A stretch of DNA of 64,000 nt, taken from positions 1,568,001 to 1,632,000 of the forward strand of contig OZ244744.1 in the NCBI GenBank assembly GCA_965219455.1. The letters are read 5' to 3'. Position numbers and translations under genes: made by a program. Below are positions 18,883 through 28,047 of this stretch, piece by piece (within the stretch, counting starts at the first letter, position 1; each line of letters starts with the position of its first letter). The notes beneath the pieces were generated by a model. The model made no database searches. It saw only the letters and a program-made list of their open reading frames with translations, and had not been told where the DNA came from. Source of the DNA: Candidatus Latescibacterota bacterium (lineage in GTDB: Bacteria; Latescibacterota; UBA2968; GCA-2709665).

Positions 18883-19065
18883 TTACGAAATTCCGAAATC
18901 CTGGCACGGATCCGATTTCTTCGAACGTGCCCGGTCTACGACTCTGTAGGCATACTCACGCTCTTTTTCGCGGACCATTGCGCCCAGACGGTCCACGTCA
19001 TAATCGTGCTCCCGTGCAATATCCTCTTTGATCTTCCACAAGGCGACGATGACTTCATCCGTCAT
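18883..19065 (-). CDS. Small hypothetical protein, apparently the same family as 17439-17615
   Basis: Sequence 'MTDEVIVALWKIKEDIAREHDYDVDRL'. AGGAGG RBS. Confidence 0.55.
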   Translation of the reverse strand: MTDEVIVALWKIKEDIAREHDYDVDRLGAMVREKEREYAYRVVDRARSKKSDPCQDFGIS

Positions 19066-19163
19066 CGGGCAGACCTCCTACGATCTCCTGTGGGGTGCGG
19101 ATTTCCGGACTGGGATACCCCCATGCTTAAGACAGATTTCTCGAAATCGTGTCTCGCGCGCCT

Positions 19164-19586
19164 TCAATCGGACCGCCCCGCGAACGTCTCCTCGCCCCAT
19201 TGCTCCTGTTTCTGCCTGAGTTCTGCGATTTCTTCGTCTGTCAGACGCTCTCGATCCGTCATGATCGTCTTTTCGATGAATTTCAGTTTCAGTATCCGTC
19301 TGGTCAGCCACTCCCAGCCATCGGCGTTCGCCGGATGCGGATAGATATCATCGGGACCGATCGCCTCGGAAACGGTATAGAGGAATCCCGGTGTGACGCC
19401 ATTGTGCTTCACGTTACATGAGTAGGACAGGGACTCGTCCTGTTTCGACACGGTGACAAGCGTGGGCCTGTGAGAAAACGCTTTCGCCAGATTTCGGATC
19501 TGCGTGATCGAACTTCCGGTGCGAAGTTCCGTCAGCTCTCGCTGAGAGCCATGGTACCAGGTAAGATCGAAGTCGCACTCTGGCAT
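19164..19586 (-). CDS. Hypothetical protein with ADP-ribosyltransferase-like (Arr-like) motifs
   Basis: Motifs 'WYHGS', 'SSIT...LAKAF', 'GFLYTV', 'EWLTRRILK'. Confidence 0.5.
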   Translation of the reverse strand: MPECDFDLTWYHGSQRELTELRTGSSITQIRNLAKAFSHRPTLVTVSKQDESLSYSCNVKHNGVTPGFLYTVSEAIGPDDIYPHPANADGWEWLTRRILKLKFIEKTIMTDRERLTDEEIAELRQKQEQWGEETFAGRSD

Positions 19587-19647
19587 GTTATTACCGGGAG
19601 CAGTAAATTGTCGACATCTATTGCGCCTGCTACGGTGGAGAGGAACT

Positions 19648-19751
19648 TGCCCAAACGGGGACGCTGAGTCTGCCTGCATTGAGCTTGTCGAAATGTCGAA
19701 GCGCCCGCGTTTGGGCACCCTTTTTCCTTCGCCGACCCTTCGACAAGCTCA
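19648..19751. repeat. Interleaved inverted repeats, including the 'tgagcttgtcgaa/ttcgacaagctca' intergenic palindrome family
   Basis: Pair A: tgcccaaacg (19648-19657) and cgtttgggca (19708-19717). Pair B: tgagcttgtcgaa (19680-19692) and ttcgacaagctca (19739-19751). Confidence 0.75.
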
Positions 19752-19855
19752 GGGAGCGGCTCAGGATGCCGGGTCAATGTTGTGTAAAAAAGGCAAACTA
19801 TCGTGTGCTCCCTGTGATAATCCTGACATCCTGATTGGAGATCCAAGAGCGCCGA

Positions 19856-20611
19856 CTATCCCCAGGTCCCGTCCTTCTGCAGCAGAAAGCTTGCGTCTCG
19901 CCGATCCCGACGATAGGTCGTACAGTACAGTATTCTGAAACCCGCCGCAGTCAGTTCTTCTCTATAGCCCTTCAGACTGCGCCCGCGCCCCATTAAGAAT
20001 ACCTTCTTGTCTTTTACGTCCTGCCATCGGCTTCCCTGGCATTTTTGGAGAGGGACGCCCGAAGTGTTCGCGCCCGTCTTTCTGCAGAAGTCAGCGAACG
20101 AATCCACCCGACCTTCATGGGCCTCCGGGTCGTGCGAACCGAACAGGATGAAATATCCTCCGTCCCGCATGACTCTCCTGATGTTTCTCAGGTAGTTTTT
20201 CCGGTGGGCGTCGACGACCAGCATATGGAAACAAAAGCAGTCGACTACAATGTCGAACCCGCCGGCCGGTAACCCATCCGGATCCAGTGCATTCGCTACC
20301 TCGAATCTCGCATCAGCGCCAGCTTCGGCAGACCGCTGTCTCGCGCGTTCGATAGCGGCCTCCGAGATGTCAATGCCCAGGTACCGATATCCCATCCCGG
20401 CCAGGAAGATTCCGACCGTGCCGTCCCCGCATCCCAGGTCCAGTATCCGGGCATCCGTCGGCGAATGCGGGATGCTTCGGAGCATTCCCTCAATACGCTT
20501 AAGAGCTCTCTTCTGAGATGCGCCGTCGCCAAGGTACGTGAATCCTTCCTCATAGGCGACACGATAGTTGTGATCGTACGCCCTATAGTACGATCTGTCG
20601 TCAAACTTCAA
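19856..20611 (-). CDS. Class I SAM-dependent methyltransferase
   Basis: Motifs 'ILDLGCGDG', 'GIDISEAAI', 'FDIVVDCFCFH'. TTG start at 20611 follows GGGAG. Confidence 0.85.
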   Translation of the reverse strand: MKFDDRSYYRAYDHNYRVAYEEGFTYLGDGASQKRALKRIEGMLRSIPHSPTDARILDLGCGDGTVGIFLAGMGYRYLGIDISEAAIERARQRSAEAGADARFEVANALDPDGLPAGGFDIVVDCFCFHMLVVDAHRKNYLRNIRRVMRDGGYFILFGSHDPEAHEGRVDSFADFCRKTGANTSGVPLQKCQGSRWQDVKDKKVFLMGRGRSLKGYREELTAAGFRILYCTTYRRDRRDASFLLQKDGTWG

Positions 20612-20625
20612 CTCAACGCTCCCAT

Positions 20626-20889
20626 CTAATGCGAAACCGACGTGGACACGTTTCCTCTGCCGACAATCGCAGACAGGATTCCGAGGAACAGTGCCAGCTT
20701 CAGGGACGCGAACCATGAAATCTCCCCTGCGATGAGTCCCTGCTCAACGGCGCCGGGGAAGAGATCGGGAATCGTCCACGCCCAGAGGATCTTGATGAGG
20801 AACAGTGCGGCGAAGATGACGCCTGCTGCCAGCAAAAGAAATCCCTGTAGCGCTGCTGCCACGCCCGCTGCGATCCATCCTTTTTTCAT
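20626..20889 (-). CDS. Small membrane protein (2 TM)
   Basis: Sequence 'IKILWAWTIPDLFPGAVEQGLIAGEISWFASLKLALF'. GGAG RBS. Confidence 0.65.
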   Translation of the reverse strand: MKKGWIAAGVAAALQGFLLLAAGVIFAALFLIKILWAWTIPDLFPGAVEQGLIAGEISWFASLKLALFLGILSAIVGRGNVSTSVSH

Positions 20890-21208
20890 ATTCGTCTCCA
20901 ATTGAAATGACATCTGCCGAAATTTACAGCGGCTGACGGCGCCCTCCGGATACGACCGCTTCTATATTCGAGCAACAACGGGACGGACCACCCGCTGCCG
21001 GGACAAACCGGCCACCCGTTCACTCCCGCCAACGGCTGCGCGTCGGTGTCTGCTGATTTCCGCTCTTGTATTATACACAAAAACGACCTCGATTGAGGCC
21101 GCTTTTTTCTTTTAATTATATGTTGGATCCGACCCTGGAAATGGGGCCCAACGGCCCATCATATTCCTCCCGTAACGGAGTCGATTCGCGCCGCCTGACG
21201 TCAGTATC

Positions 21209-24200
21209 CTAAAGCGTGACAGGTTTCAGGGAATGGGATCGGATCTCAAATTCACTGCCGGTGAGCAGCCGGGAAAGTGTGTTGGTCATCCGGACGATGA
21301 TTCGGTTCTTTCCGGGTTTGAGCCATTCGGTTCTCGCCGTCCACTTGTAGGGCGCCCAGGCTCTCGTACCCAGGGTACGGCCGTTTATGGCGACCTCTAC
21401 AATATCGGAGACGTCTTTAAGTTCCTCCTCCAGCGAAAAAACAAACTGTTCGGACTCGGGAGGCTCGCTAAACGTCATATCTTTTGTATACACAACCGTA
21501 CCCGCATAGTAGGGCATTTTCTGGTTGTCGAGTTCACCCGGGAAACCACGGTCAACCGGTGCTATAATTCGGAGATTGTGGTTGAGCCAGCGCCTGACAC
21601 CGAATTTTCCGAAGAGGTAAAAGGCATCGACCAGGCCTTGATCGAGGTGGTCGAGTTCCACGCGGATGGCGAGGACGTTCCTGCCGGTGGTAGCGCGACG
21701 CACAACCGCGCAAGTGACGTTGTTATGGTCGTACCGGAAGGTGGGCCGGAATGCTTTTCCGGGCAGGCGGACACCGTTCAGGTAGATCTGGTAATCACCC
21801 AGAATGGCGCTGCGGTCCATCACCAGGGAGAGCTTGGAAGGCACGACGTCGGCGGAAAATGCCGTTCTGAACCAGCAGACAAGGGGAAATTCGATGCCCG
21901 GACCGGCGGGCTGACCCGGTCCGCCGCTGTTGAACGTGAAGGGCAGACTGGAAAGAGAAGGCAGATCTCTGATCTGTTCAACCATCGGTTTGGGGGTTAC
22001 GGACGTCCAGCGGTTATCCCTGTAGCCCGGTTTGTGCCAACCCTGCTCGATACCCTTTTTCTGCGGATCGAGTTGCATCTGGAACCTGTCCATGCGCAGG
22101 CAGTTATCCTCTTCGGGGTCGACTTTCCACGGGTCGTTCGAGTCGGGACGCAAAATGGCCGGCGTTTCCAATTCCGTCAGCGGCTGGGGTTTGTCTTCCG
22201 ATGCAACAATAAGGTGGGATTGCAAGCGTTCGAAGTTGAGGTCGAGCGTAACCCGATCGCCTTCCCGCTCCGCCATTAATGAGGTCCGCCTGCCGGTCTC
22301 CAGGTCCCACCGTTCCAACTTGCGGCGTTTTGACGGCACCGTTATGGTGATCCGGGATGTAAAGGCGTTTCGATCGGTATTCGTGAAGAAAAACAGATCT
22401 TCCTTTGGCGTTTCTCTCCTCTGAGACAGGATCGCCGAACCGTTCTTTTTGTCGGTTTCAACAATCACGTCAGGCGGAAGGATGCGGTGGAGTAAATCGC
22501 CCAGCATACGCGCGCCGCGGTTTTTTTCGACGGAACCTCCCGTGCGGATGAAATAGAGGTCTCCCCTCTGAATGAGATGTACCCCCAGTTCGTGACCGAT
22601 ATAGTCGCGTCTCATTCTGCCGGGTTCCATATCGGTGAGACGGGAGAATGCCTCGACGACCGATGGACCCTCCTGAATGTCTTCAATCGGCAGCAGGCCG
22701 AGACAGATGACTTTGCCGCCGGCGTTGATAAACTCCCGGATGCGTTCAAACGCGTCTCGCTCCAGGTTTGTGATTGGCGGCAGGATGAGCACATCGTAGC
22801 GAGCTGCGCCAATCTGCAGCCGGTCACCGGCGATACGCGCCGTAGCCAACGTCTCCGGATCCAGGGAGTCGAAATCACGCTGCATCTGGCAAAGGGATTC
22901 TATCAGGTACGCCCAATCCGTGGCGAGGCGCTGGGTAAGCTTGGCCTCATCCTCATCGTAACCTATATATTTCCATCCGAGACCGGGGCTGCCCAGGTGC
23001 GCCCAGAGGCTCGTTGCCGGATCGAGAAGGGCCAGATTAGCCCTTCGACGTCCCTGGCTGAGGACGTACGAGAGGCGGCCCGCGTAGTCCGCGAGAAGCC
23101 GGAAATGTTTCCAGTAGGGGTTCTGGTGAAAAATCGAGGGCGGATTGTGGTGCTTGCGCAGCCCGTCGAGGGTGTAGGACAATCCCCGTGCGTGAAACAG
23201 GTTCGCACCGAGAGCGCCCATCCGGTCGATCGTCCATTTCATATCCTGTAGAGTCAGAGACCAGCCGGTATCCTGGAAACAGGTGTTGAATGTGCGGCCC
23301 CCGTCGTGGACGGATACGGAAAATCTGGGGTTGCGGCGATAAGCCGCGGCATGCGCATCCCCGTCTCTGAACCCGCCAACCTTTTCACCGCCTCCGCTCG
23401 TGCCGGGGATGTGGACGTTGCTCCTGTGGGCGTTCCTGAAAACAGTGACGTCGGCTGCGTGCAGCACTTTGTGTTTCGCACACCACGTCCCGAGGACCTT
23501 ATGGAAGTTATCTCTGAGCATTTCGCTCAGGGTCTGGAAGTAATCGTACCGGATCCGGGCCGTATTCGGGCCGAAATAGGTCATCAGCGCCGGGAGACAG
23601 TTAAGCAGGTCGTACTGGTTGCGCTCCCGAAATACCCTGGGCAATGTCGGAGACCAGGGCCATCTGCCCGGAATGGAAGACGCCTCGGTGGTTATAATGC
23701 CCTGGATCACGCCGCCAAACCTGTTTGCCAGCCCCTTGGCGTACCGTCCGTGGGTGGTCTCAAGAAAACAGGCGACGGCTTCCGCGTTGAAGGGATCGAA
23801 GTGGATTCCGTGAGATTCCGCCGCGTCGCTTTCCCGCTGTAAGAAGACGAGTACTCTCCAGCGTCCCGGCGGCGCCTTCCAGAACAGGCGATGCGTAAGG
23901 TGGCGGGCGAGAAATCGTTTGTTATAGTATGCCGCGTCGCCCGTGTTTTCGTCGTATATCTCGTGGCGCTGATTTGCGCCGATAAAATCCCCGATATCCG
24001 TTACACTTTCCCAGAGGCACCGGTCCCGCTTGAGCGGAACGGCGAGCGCGCGCAATACCGTGCCCCACGGCAGTTCCATGTCGACTTGCTGGCCGCCCTG
24101 AACGGTGATTTCATCGAAGGTGAGGTGCTGGGCACGATACTGCGGGTAACCCAGCGAAACCTGGCCGCCGCTGATGCTGTGGGGGTGGGGGTATTCGCCC

Positions 24201-24451
24201 TGGAGCCAGACCTGAAGCCCGCACTCCCGGGCGGTTTCCACCGCCAGCCGTACACGATCGAACCAGACTTTTGAGAGGTATGGAATCCGAAGCCCGGGCC
24301 CCGCGGAGAGACAGAAACCACCCAGGCCTTTGTCGCTCATCTCCCGGATCTGGCGCACAATCTCGCCTTCTTCGATGGTGCTGTTCCATGACCAGGAAGG
24401 CAGAATGCGAAAGGGGGCGGGGGGATTCAGGAATGTGCTGGTATCCATCAT
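21209..24451 (-). CDS. Large glycoside hydrolase, GH106 (alpha-L-rhamnosidase)-like
   Basis: Motifs 'FLNPPAPFR.LP.WSWN', 'GL.IPYLSKVW', 'THGRY', 'RYDY', 'PPSIFHQNPYW', and C-terminal 'PYYAGTVVY' and 'LGTRAWAPY'. Confidence 0.75.
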   Translation of the reverse strand: MMDTSTFLNPPAPFRILPSWSWNSTIEEGEIVRQIREMSDKGLGGFCLSAGPGLRIPYLSKVWFDRVRLAVETARECGLQVWLQGEYPHPHSISGGQVSLGYPQYRAQHLTFDEITVQGGQQVDMELPWGTVLRALAVPLKRDRCLWESVTDIGDFIGANQRHEIYDENTGDAAYYNKRFLARHLTHRLFWKAPPGRWRVLVFLQRESDAAESHGIHFDPFNAEAVACFLETTHGRYAKGLANRFGGVIQGIITTEASSIPGRWPWSPTLPRVFRERNQYDLLNCLPALMTYFGPNTARIRYDYFQTLSEMLRDNFHKVLGTWCAKHKVLHAADVTVFRNAHRSNVHIPGTSGGGEKVGGFRDGDAHAAAYRRNPRFSVSVHDGGRTFNTCFQDTGWSLTLQDMKWTIDRMGALGANLFHARGLSYTLDGLRKHHNPPSIFHQNPYWKHFRLLADYAGRLSYVLSQGRRRANLALLDPATSLWAHLGSPGLGWKYIGYDEDEAKLTQRLATDWAYLIESLCQMQRDFDSLDPETLATARIAGDRLQIGAARYDVLILPPITNLERDAFERIREFINAGGKVICLGLLPIEDIQEGPSVVEAFSRLTDMEPGRMRRDYIGHELGVHLIQRGDLYFIRTGGSVEKNRGARMLGDLLHRILPPDVIVETDKKNGSAILSQRRETPKEDLFFFTNTDRNAFTSRITITVPSKRRKLERWDLETGRRTSLMAEREGDRVTLDLNFERLQSHLIVASEDKPQPLTELETPAILRPDSNDPWKVDPEEDNCLRMDRFQMQLDPQKKGIEQGWHKPGYRDNRWTSVTPKPMVEQIRDLPSLSSLPFTFNSGGPGQPAGPGIEFPLVCWFRTAFSADVVPSKLSLVMDRSAILGDYQIYLNGVRLPGKAFRPTFRYDHNNVTCAVVRRATTGRNVLAIRVELDHLDQGLVDAFYLFGKFGVRRWLNHNLRIIAPVDRGFPGELDNQKMPYYAGTVVYTKDMTFSEPPESEQFVFSLEEELKDVSDIVEVAINGRTLGTRAWAPYKWTARTEWLKPGKNRIIVRMTNTLSRLLTGSEFEIRSHSLKPVTL

Positions 24452-24593
24452 GTAGCTGGCCGGTTTTAAGTGGGCGCGGCGTCTGAAGGCTGCGGGCGCA
24501 CGCGGGTTGGCGGGGTTTCGCGATGGATCACCCACCGACGACAACCTGTCGACATTCGCTTCGGAGGCCAAGGATCCTGTAGAAGCGCTCCGG

Positions 24594-24827
24594 CTAAGCC
24601 TTCGCCGCGCATGTCTCACAGAGATAGGTTACGGTTCGATAACGTTCCGCGAGGCGTGTGAGCTTGATCCGACCCTCCTTTTGCCTGCAGCGCTCGCAGG
24701 GGCGCTCCAGGGGAGGTTTCGGCCCGGCTTCGCAGACCTCGCAACGATAAGTGATCTGTTTCTCGCCATTGAAAACCCGGGTGGAGACCCGTGTGGCGAG
24801 ACGCTTTTCGCACGTTTCACAGAGCAC
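24594..24827 (-). CDS. Small protein with two tandem McsA-N-terminus-like CxxC...CxxC zinc modules
   Basis: 'LCETCEKRLAT..STRVFNGEK...YRCEVCE' is followed by 'PCERCRQKEG.IKLTRL.....VTYLCETCA', giving 8 Cys in 4 CxxC motifs. Confidence 0.65.
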   Translation of the reverse strand: MLCETCEKRLATRVSTRVFNGEKQITYRCEVCEAGPKPPLERPCERCRQKEGRIKLTRLAERYRTVTYLCETCAAKA

Positions 24828-24879
24828 CTGAAATGACTTCTCCGGAAGCTGAGGATGTGCGGGATTCCAACCCCTGTAA

Positions 24880-25000
24880 ATTTCAAAAAGATGTAATGTA
24901 CTATTTAATAAGGAAAAGTCAAGACAAAGCGTATATTGATGTATTTAATTAATTGTTAATTAATCATTTACGAAAAATAAGAATGATAAATACGAATCGT
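24880..25000. promoter_or_regulatory. AT-rich divergent promoter region
   Basis: Very AT-rich tract (ttaattaattgttaattaatc) between divergent genes in a GC-rich genome. Confidence 0.45.
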
Positions 25001-25176
25001 TCGCATATCGGTCTTTACCGGTGCGCGGTCCGGGTCCGCCCCAGGTGACATGCCTTGAATGGTGGCGATTAAGTATTTGTTTTTAAATGCAGAGCAGCCG
25101 CCTGCACCTGCTTTGTCCGGTCGCCGGTCAGAATTTGTGGTCTCGGTCGATTTTTTTTATTATACTTGATATCCAA

Positions 25177-25773
25177 ATGAAAAGACGCATTTGCGCGCTT
25201 GTGCCGGCCGCCGGTATGTCGACTCGCATGGGGTCTCCCAAACAGCTATTGCCGTTCGGTGGCAAGACGGTGCTTCAGACCGTGGTCGATACGCTGCTGG
25301 AGGCCAATCTGGACGGTATCCTGGTGGTGCTTGGCCACAAGGCAGATACCGTGCGTGGGAGTCTGGCGGAGCGGCCGGTGAAGTTTCACGTGAATCCGGA
25401 TTACCGCAAGGGGATGTTTTCAAGTATCCTGTGCGGGCTTTCCTCGTTGGCGGAGTCGGCCGATGCCGCGCTGATCGCCCTGGGCGATCAGCCGCACATC
25501 CGTTCGAGTGTGGTCAGGAAGGTGGCCGCGGCGTATCACAACGGCAAAAAGGGGATAGTCGTTCCCGTTTACGGGGGCAAACGAGGCCACCCGGCCCTGG
25601 TGGATCTGGGTCGTTATTTTCCGGAAATCCAATCCCTGACCGGCGAATACGGGTTGAAACCCGTAATGCGCGGGTACCCGGACGATACGCTCGAGGTTGA
25701 CGTCGAGGATGAGGGGGTGTTGCGGGATATCGATACGCCGGAGGAATATCGGGCGGAATTGGACAGGCGCTAA
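25177..25773 (+). CDS. mocA: Molybdenum cofactor cytidylyltransferase-like nucleotidyltransferase
   Basis: Motifs 'AAGMSTRMGSPKQLL', 'NPDYRKGMFSSI', 'LGDQP', 'GHP', 'DIDTPEEY'. Confidence 0.8.
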   Translation: MKRRICALVPAAGMSTRMGSPKQLLPFGGKTVLQTVVDTLLEANLDGILVVLGHKADTVRGSLAERPVKFHVNPDYRKGMFSSILCGLSSLAESADAALIALGDQPHIRSSVVRKVAAAYHNGKKGIVVPVYGGKRGHPALVDLGRYFPEIQSLTGEYGLKPVMRGYPDDTLEVDVEDEGVLRDIDTPEEYRAELDRR

Positions 25774-25820
25774 CAGTCCGTTGATACAGGCGCGTCGCCG
25801 TTATCCTGTCCGGTAACGGT

Positions 25821-26648
25821 TTACGACGGCGAAAGCTGCGCTCCCCCGTCGACACGGAGGATCTGGCCGCTCACGAAACTTGCCAGGGGCGAAACGAAGA
25901 ACTGTACGGCCCGCGCGATCTCATCCGGATACGCGTAACGGATCAGCGTGGGCCGGTTCATTGCATTCAGAAGTTCCGGGTCGGCCTGTCCCGTGGCAAC
26001 AAAACGACCGCTGGGGGAATCGCCCGGCGCAACCATGTTCACGGTAATATTGTGTTCCCGGAGTTGATCTGCCATGCAACGGGTATAATGGGTTTGGGCT
26101 GCTTTGGCCGTGGCGTAAACGGGGCCTCCTCCGGGCCGGCCGGTGAAGCTGTCCACCGAGCCTATATTGACGATTCTGCCTCCCCGGCGTTGGATCATGC
26201 CCGGAACGACGGCGCGGCAGCAATGCAGGGTTGTGGCGAAGTTCCTGTTGAATACGGCCTCGACGTCTTCCAGAGGGATGCCCAGGGTATCGTTGGGTTT
26301 TGGTTTTCCGCCCGCCGCGGCAATGTCGCCCCCGGCGTTATTGACCAGAATGTCGATCGGTCCGAGTTCGCTTTCGATCTGTTCAACGGCGGCTTTGACC
26401 TGTTCAGGGTCAGAGACGTCCGCAAATACGGTGATGACGGCGTTGCCCGTTTTTGCGATTTCCCGGGCTACGTGGGTCGTGGACGGGGCCTCGTTGAACT
26501 CCGCCGCCGTCTGGTCGGATCGTCCGTGGACAACCATGGAAGCGCCGCAACGCGCCAGACGTTCCGCAATCGCCCGGCCCAGGCCCCGTGCGGAAGCCGT
26601 GACCCACGCGACTTTGCCTGCCAGGAGTTCGGGATGTACGTATTCCAT
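25821..26648 (-). CDS. SDR family oxidoreductase
   Basis: Motifs 'TASARGLG', 'ILVNNAG', 'IVNIGS', 'YATAK', 'VSGQILRVDGG'. Confidence 0.9.
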   Translation of the reverse strand: MEYVHPELLAGKVAWVTASARGLGRAIAERLARCGASMVVHGRSDQTAAEFNEAPSTTHVAREIAKTGNAVITVFADVSDPEQVKAAVEQIESELGPIDILVNNAGGDIAAAGGKPKPNDTLGIPLEDVEAVFNRNFATTLHCCRAVVPGMIQRRGGRIVNIGSVDSFTGRPGGGPVYATAKAAQTHYTRCMADQLREHNITVNMVAPGDSPSGRFVATGQADPELLNAMNRPTLIRYAYPDEIARAVQFFVSPLASFVSGQILRVDGGAQLSPS

Positions 26649-26867
26649 ATGGTCATGACCTCCGTGGGGGAAGGCGTCTCACGCACCGCAAATCCAAGAA
26701 TTACAAAGCCGAAGTGGCGCTCCTGAGAGGCAGGGGCGGAAGGCTTGGAAAAGATACACCGTCCAGGGCCTTCTTGCAAGTCTGGAAGAATTGGCGGTGA
26801 ATGGTGACATATTTCTGGGACGGGACACTAGCTGCCTGTCGGAGAACCCCAATTTTGGGCGATCATC

Positions 26868-26914
26868 ATACAATATATTGGTTTAATGTTTCTAAATAAC
26901 ACTATATATTGTAT
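26868..26914. promoter_or_regulatory. Candidate operator: perfect 11-bp inverted repeat between the divergent SDR gene and the Gfo operon
   Basis: atacaatatat (26868-26878) and atatattgtat (26904-26914). The left arm overlaps the palindrome caatatattg. Confidence 0.5.
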
Positions 26915-26973
26915 TCCGAGAGATGCTGGCATAGGTATTCCGACAGGCTCCTGGAAACCGGGAGGATTCGTTT

Positions 26974-28017
26974 ATGGGTAATCGGACCGTCGGTTTTGCA
27001 ATGATCGGAAGCGGCGTGGTGGCGGACTATCATATTGGCGCGGTACAGGATACCGAGGGCGCCGAACTGGTCGCCGTATACAGCCGAAGCGAAACGCGCG
27101 CCAGAACCACGGGAGAGGCACACGGCGTGCCCTGGTTTACGGATTACGAAGCCATTCTCCGCCTGCCAGAGGTGGATGTGGTTTGCATCTGCACCCCCAG
27201 CGGCGTGCGCATTCCTATCGTGACGGATGCGGCGGCGGCGGGCAAGCATCTGATTGTGGAAAAACCTCTGGATGTATCGATTCAGAATATGGATCGCATT
27301 ATTCGAGCGGCCGGGGACGCACGCGTGAAACTAATGGGGGTTTTCCAGTTGCGGTACGGGGAGGCGGTCAACAGGGTGCGTGCCGCGGTTCAATCCGGCG
27401 GTCTCGGCAGGATGGTGCTGGGTGACGCCTATATCAAGTGGTTCCGGCCCCAGGCCTACTACGATGCGGACGATTGGCGGGGCAACTGGGCGATGGAGGG
27501 CGGTGGGGCACTGATGACGCAGGGCAGCCACACAGTGGATCTGCTCCAGTGGATTATGGGACCGGTAAAGCGCGTCTACGCCAGGATGGGCACGTTGATT
27601 CACGATATCGAGGTTGAAGATACCGTGGTTGCCACACTGGAATACGAAAATGGAGCGTTCGGGGTGGTTGAAGCGTCTTCCGCCGCGTATCCCGGTTTGC
27701 CGGCACGGATGGAATTTTCCGGAGACCGTGGTACGGTTGTGGTGGAAGCGGACCAGATTACCAAATGGGACGTCGAGGGCAAAAGCGTGGAAGAGACGGC
27801 GGCGGATACAACCGACGTGGCCAGGGCGGCATCCGATTCCACGACCTTCGGCACGGAAGGACACAAGGCGCAGATCGCGGAGATGGTTCGTATTCTGAAT
27901 GAAGGCGGCGATCCGACAATCGATGGTCCGGAGTCGAAGCGGGCCATCGAAATCATCCTGGCGATTTACGAATCGGCGAGGTCGGGCAACCCCGTGGCGC
28001 TGCCGTTCAACGGGTGA
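26974..28017 (+). CDS. Gfo/Idh/MocA oxidoreductase
   Basis: Motifs 'IGSGVVA', 'ICTPSG', 'VEKPL', 'GGGALMTQGSHTVDLL', 'EVEDT'. Confidence 0.9.
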   Translation: MGNRTVGFAMIGSGVVADYHIGAVQDTEGAELVAVYSRSETRARTTGEAHGVPWFTDYEAILRLPEVDVVCICTPSGVRIPIVTDAAAAGKHLIVEKPLDVSIQNMDRIIRAAGDARVKLMGVFQLRYGEAVNRVRAAVQSGGLGRMVLGDAYIKWFRPQAYYDADDWRGNWAMEGGGALMTQGSHTVDLLQWIMGPVKRVYARMGTLIHDIEVEDTVVATLEYENGAFGVVEASSAAYPGLPARMEFSGDRGTVVVEADQITKWDVEGKSVEETAADTTDVARAASDSTTFGTEGHKAQIAEMVRILNEGGDPTIDGPESKRAIEIILAIYESARSGNPVALPFNG

Positions 28018-28047
28018 ACCCGGATCTTCTATTTTTAGGAGCGTTCT

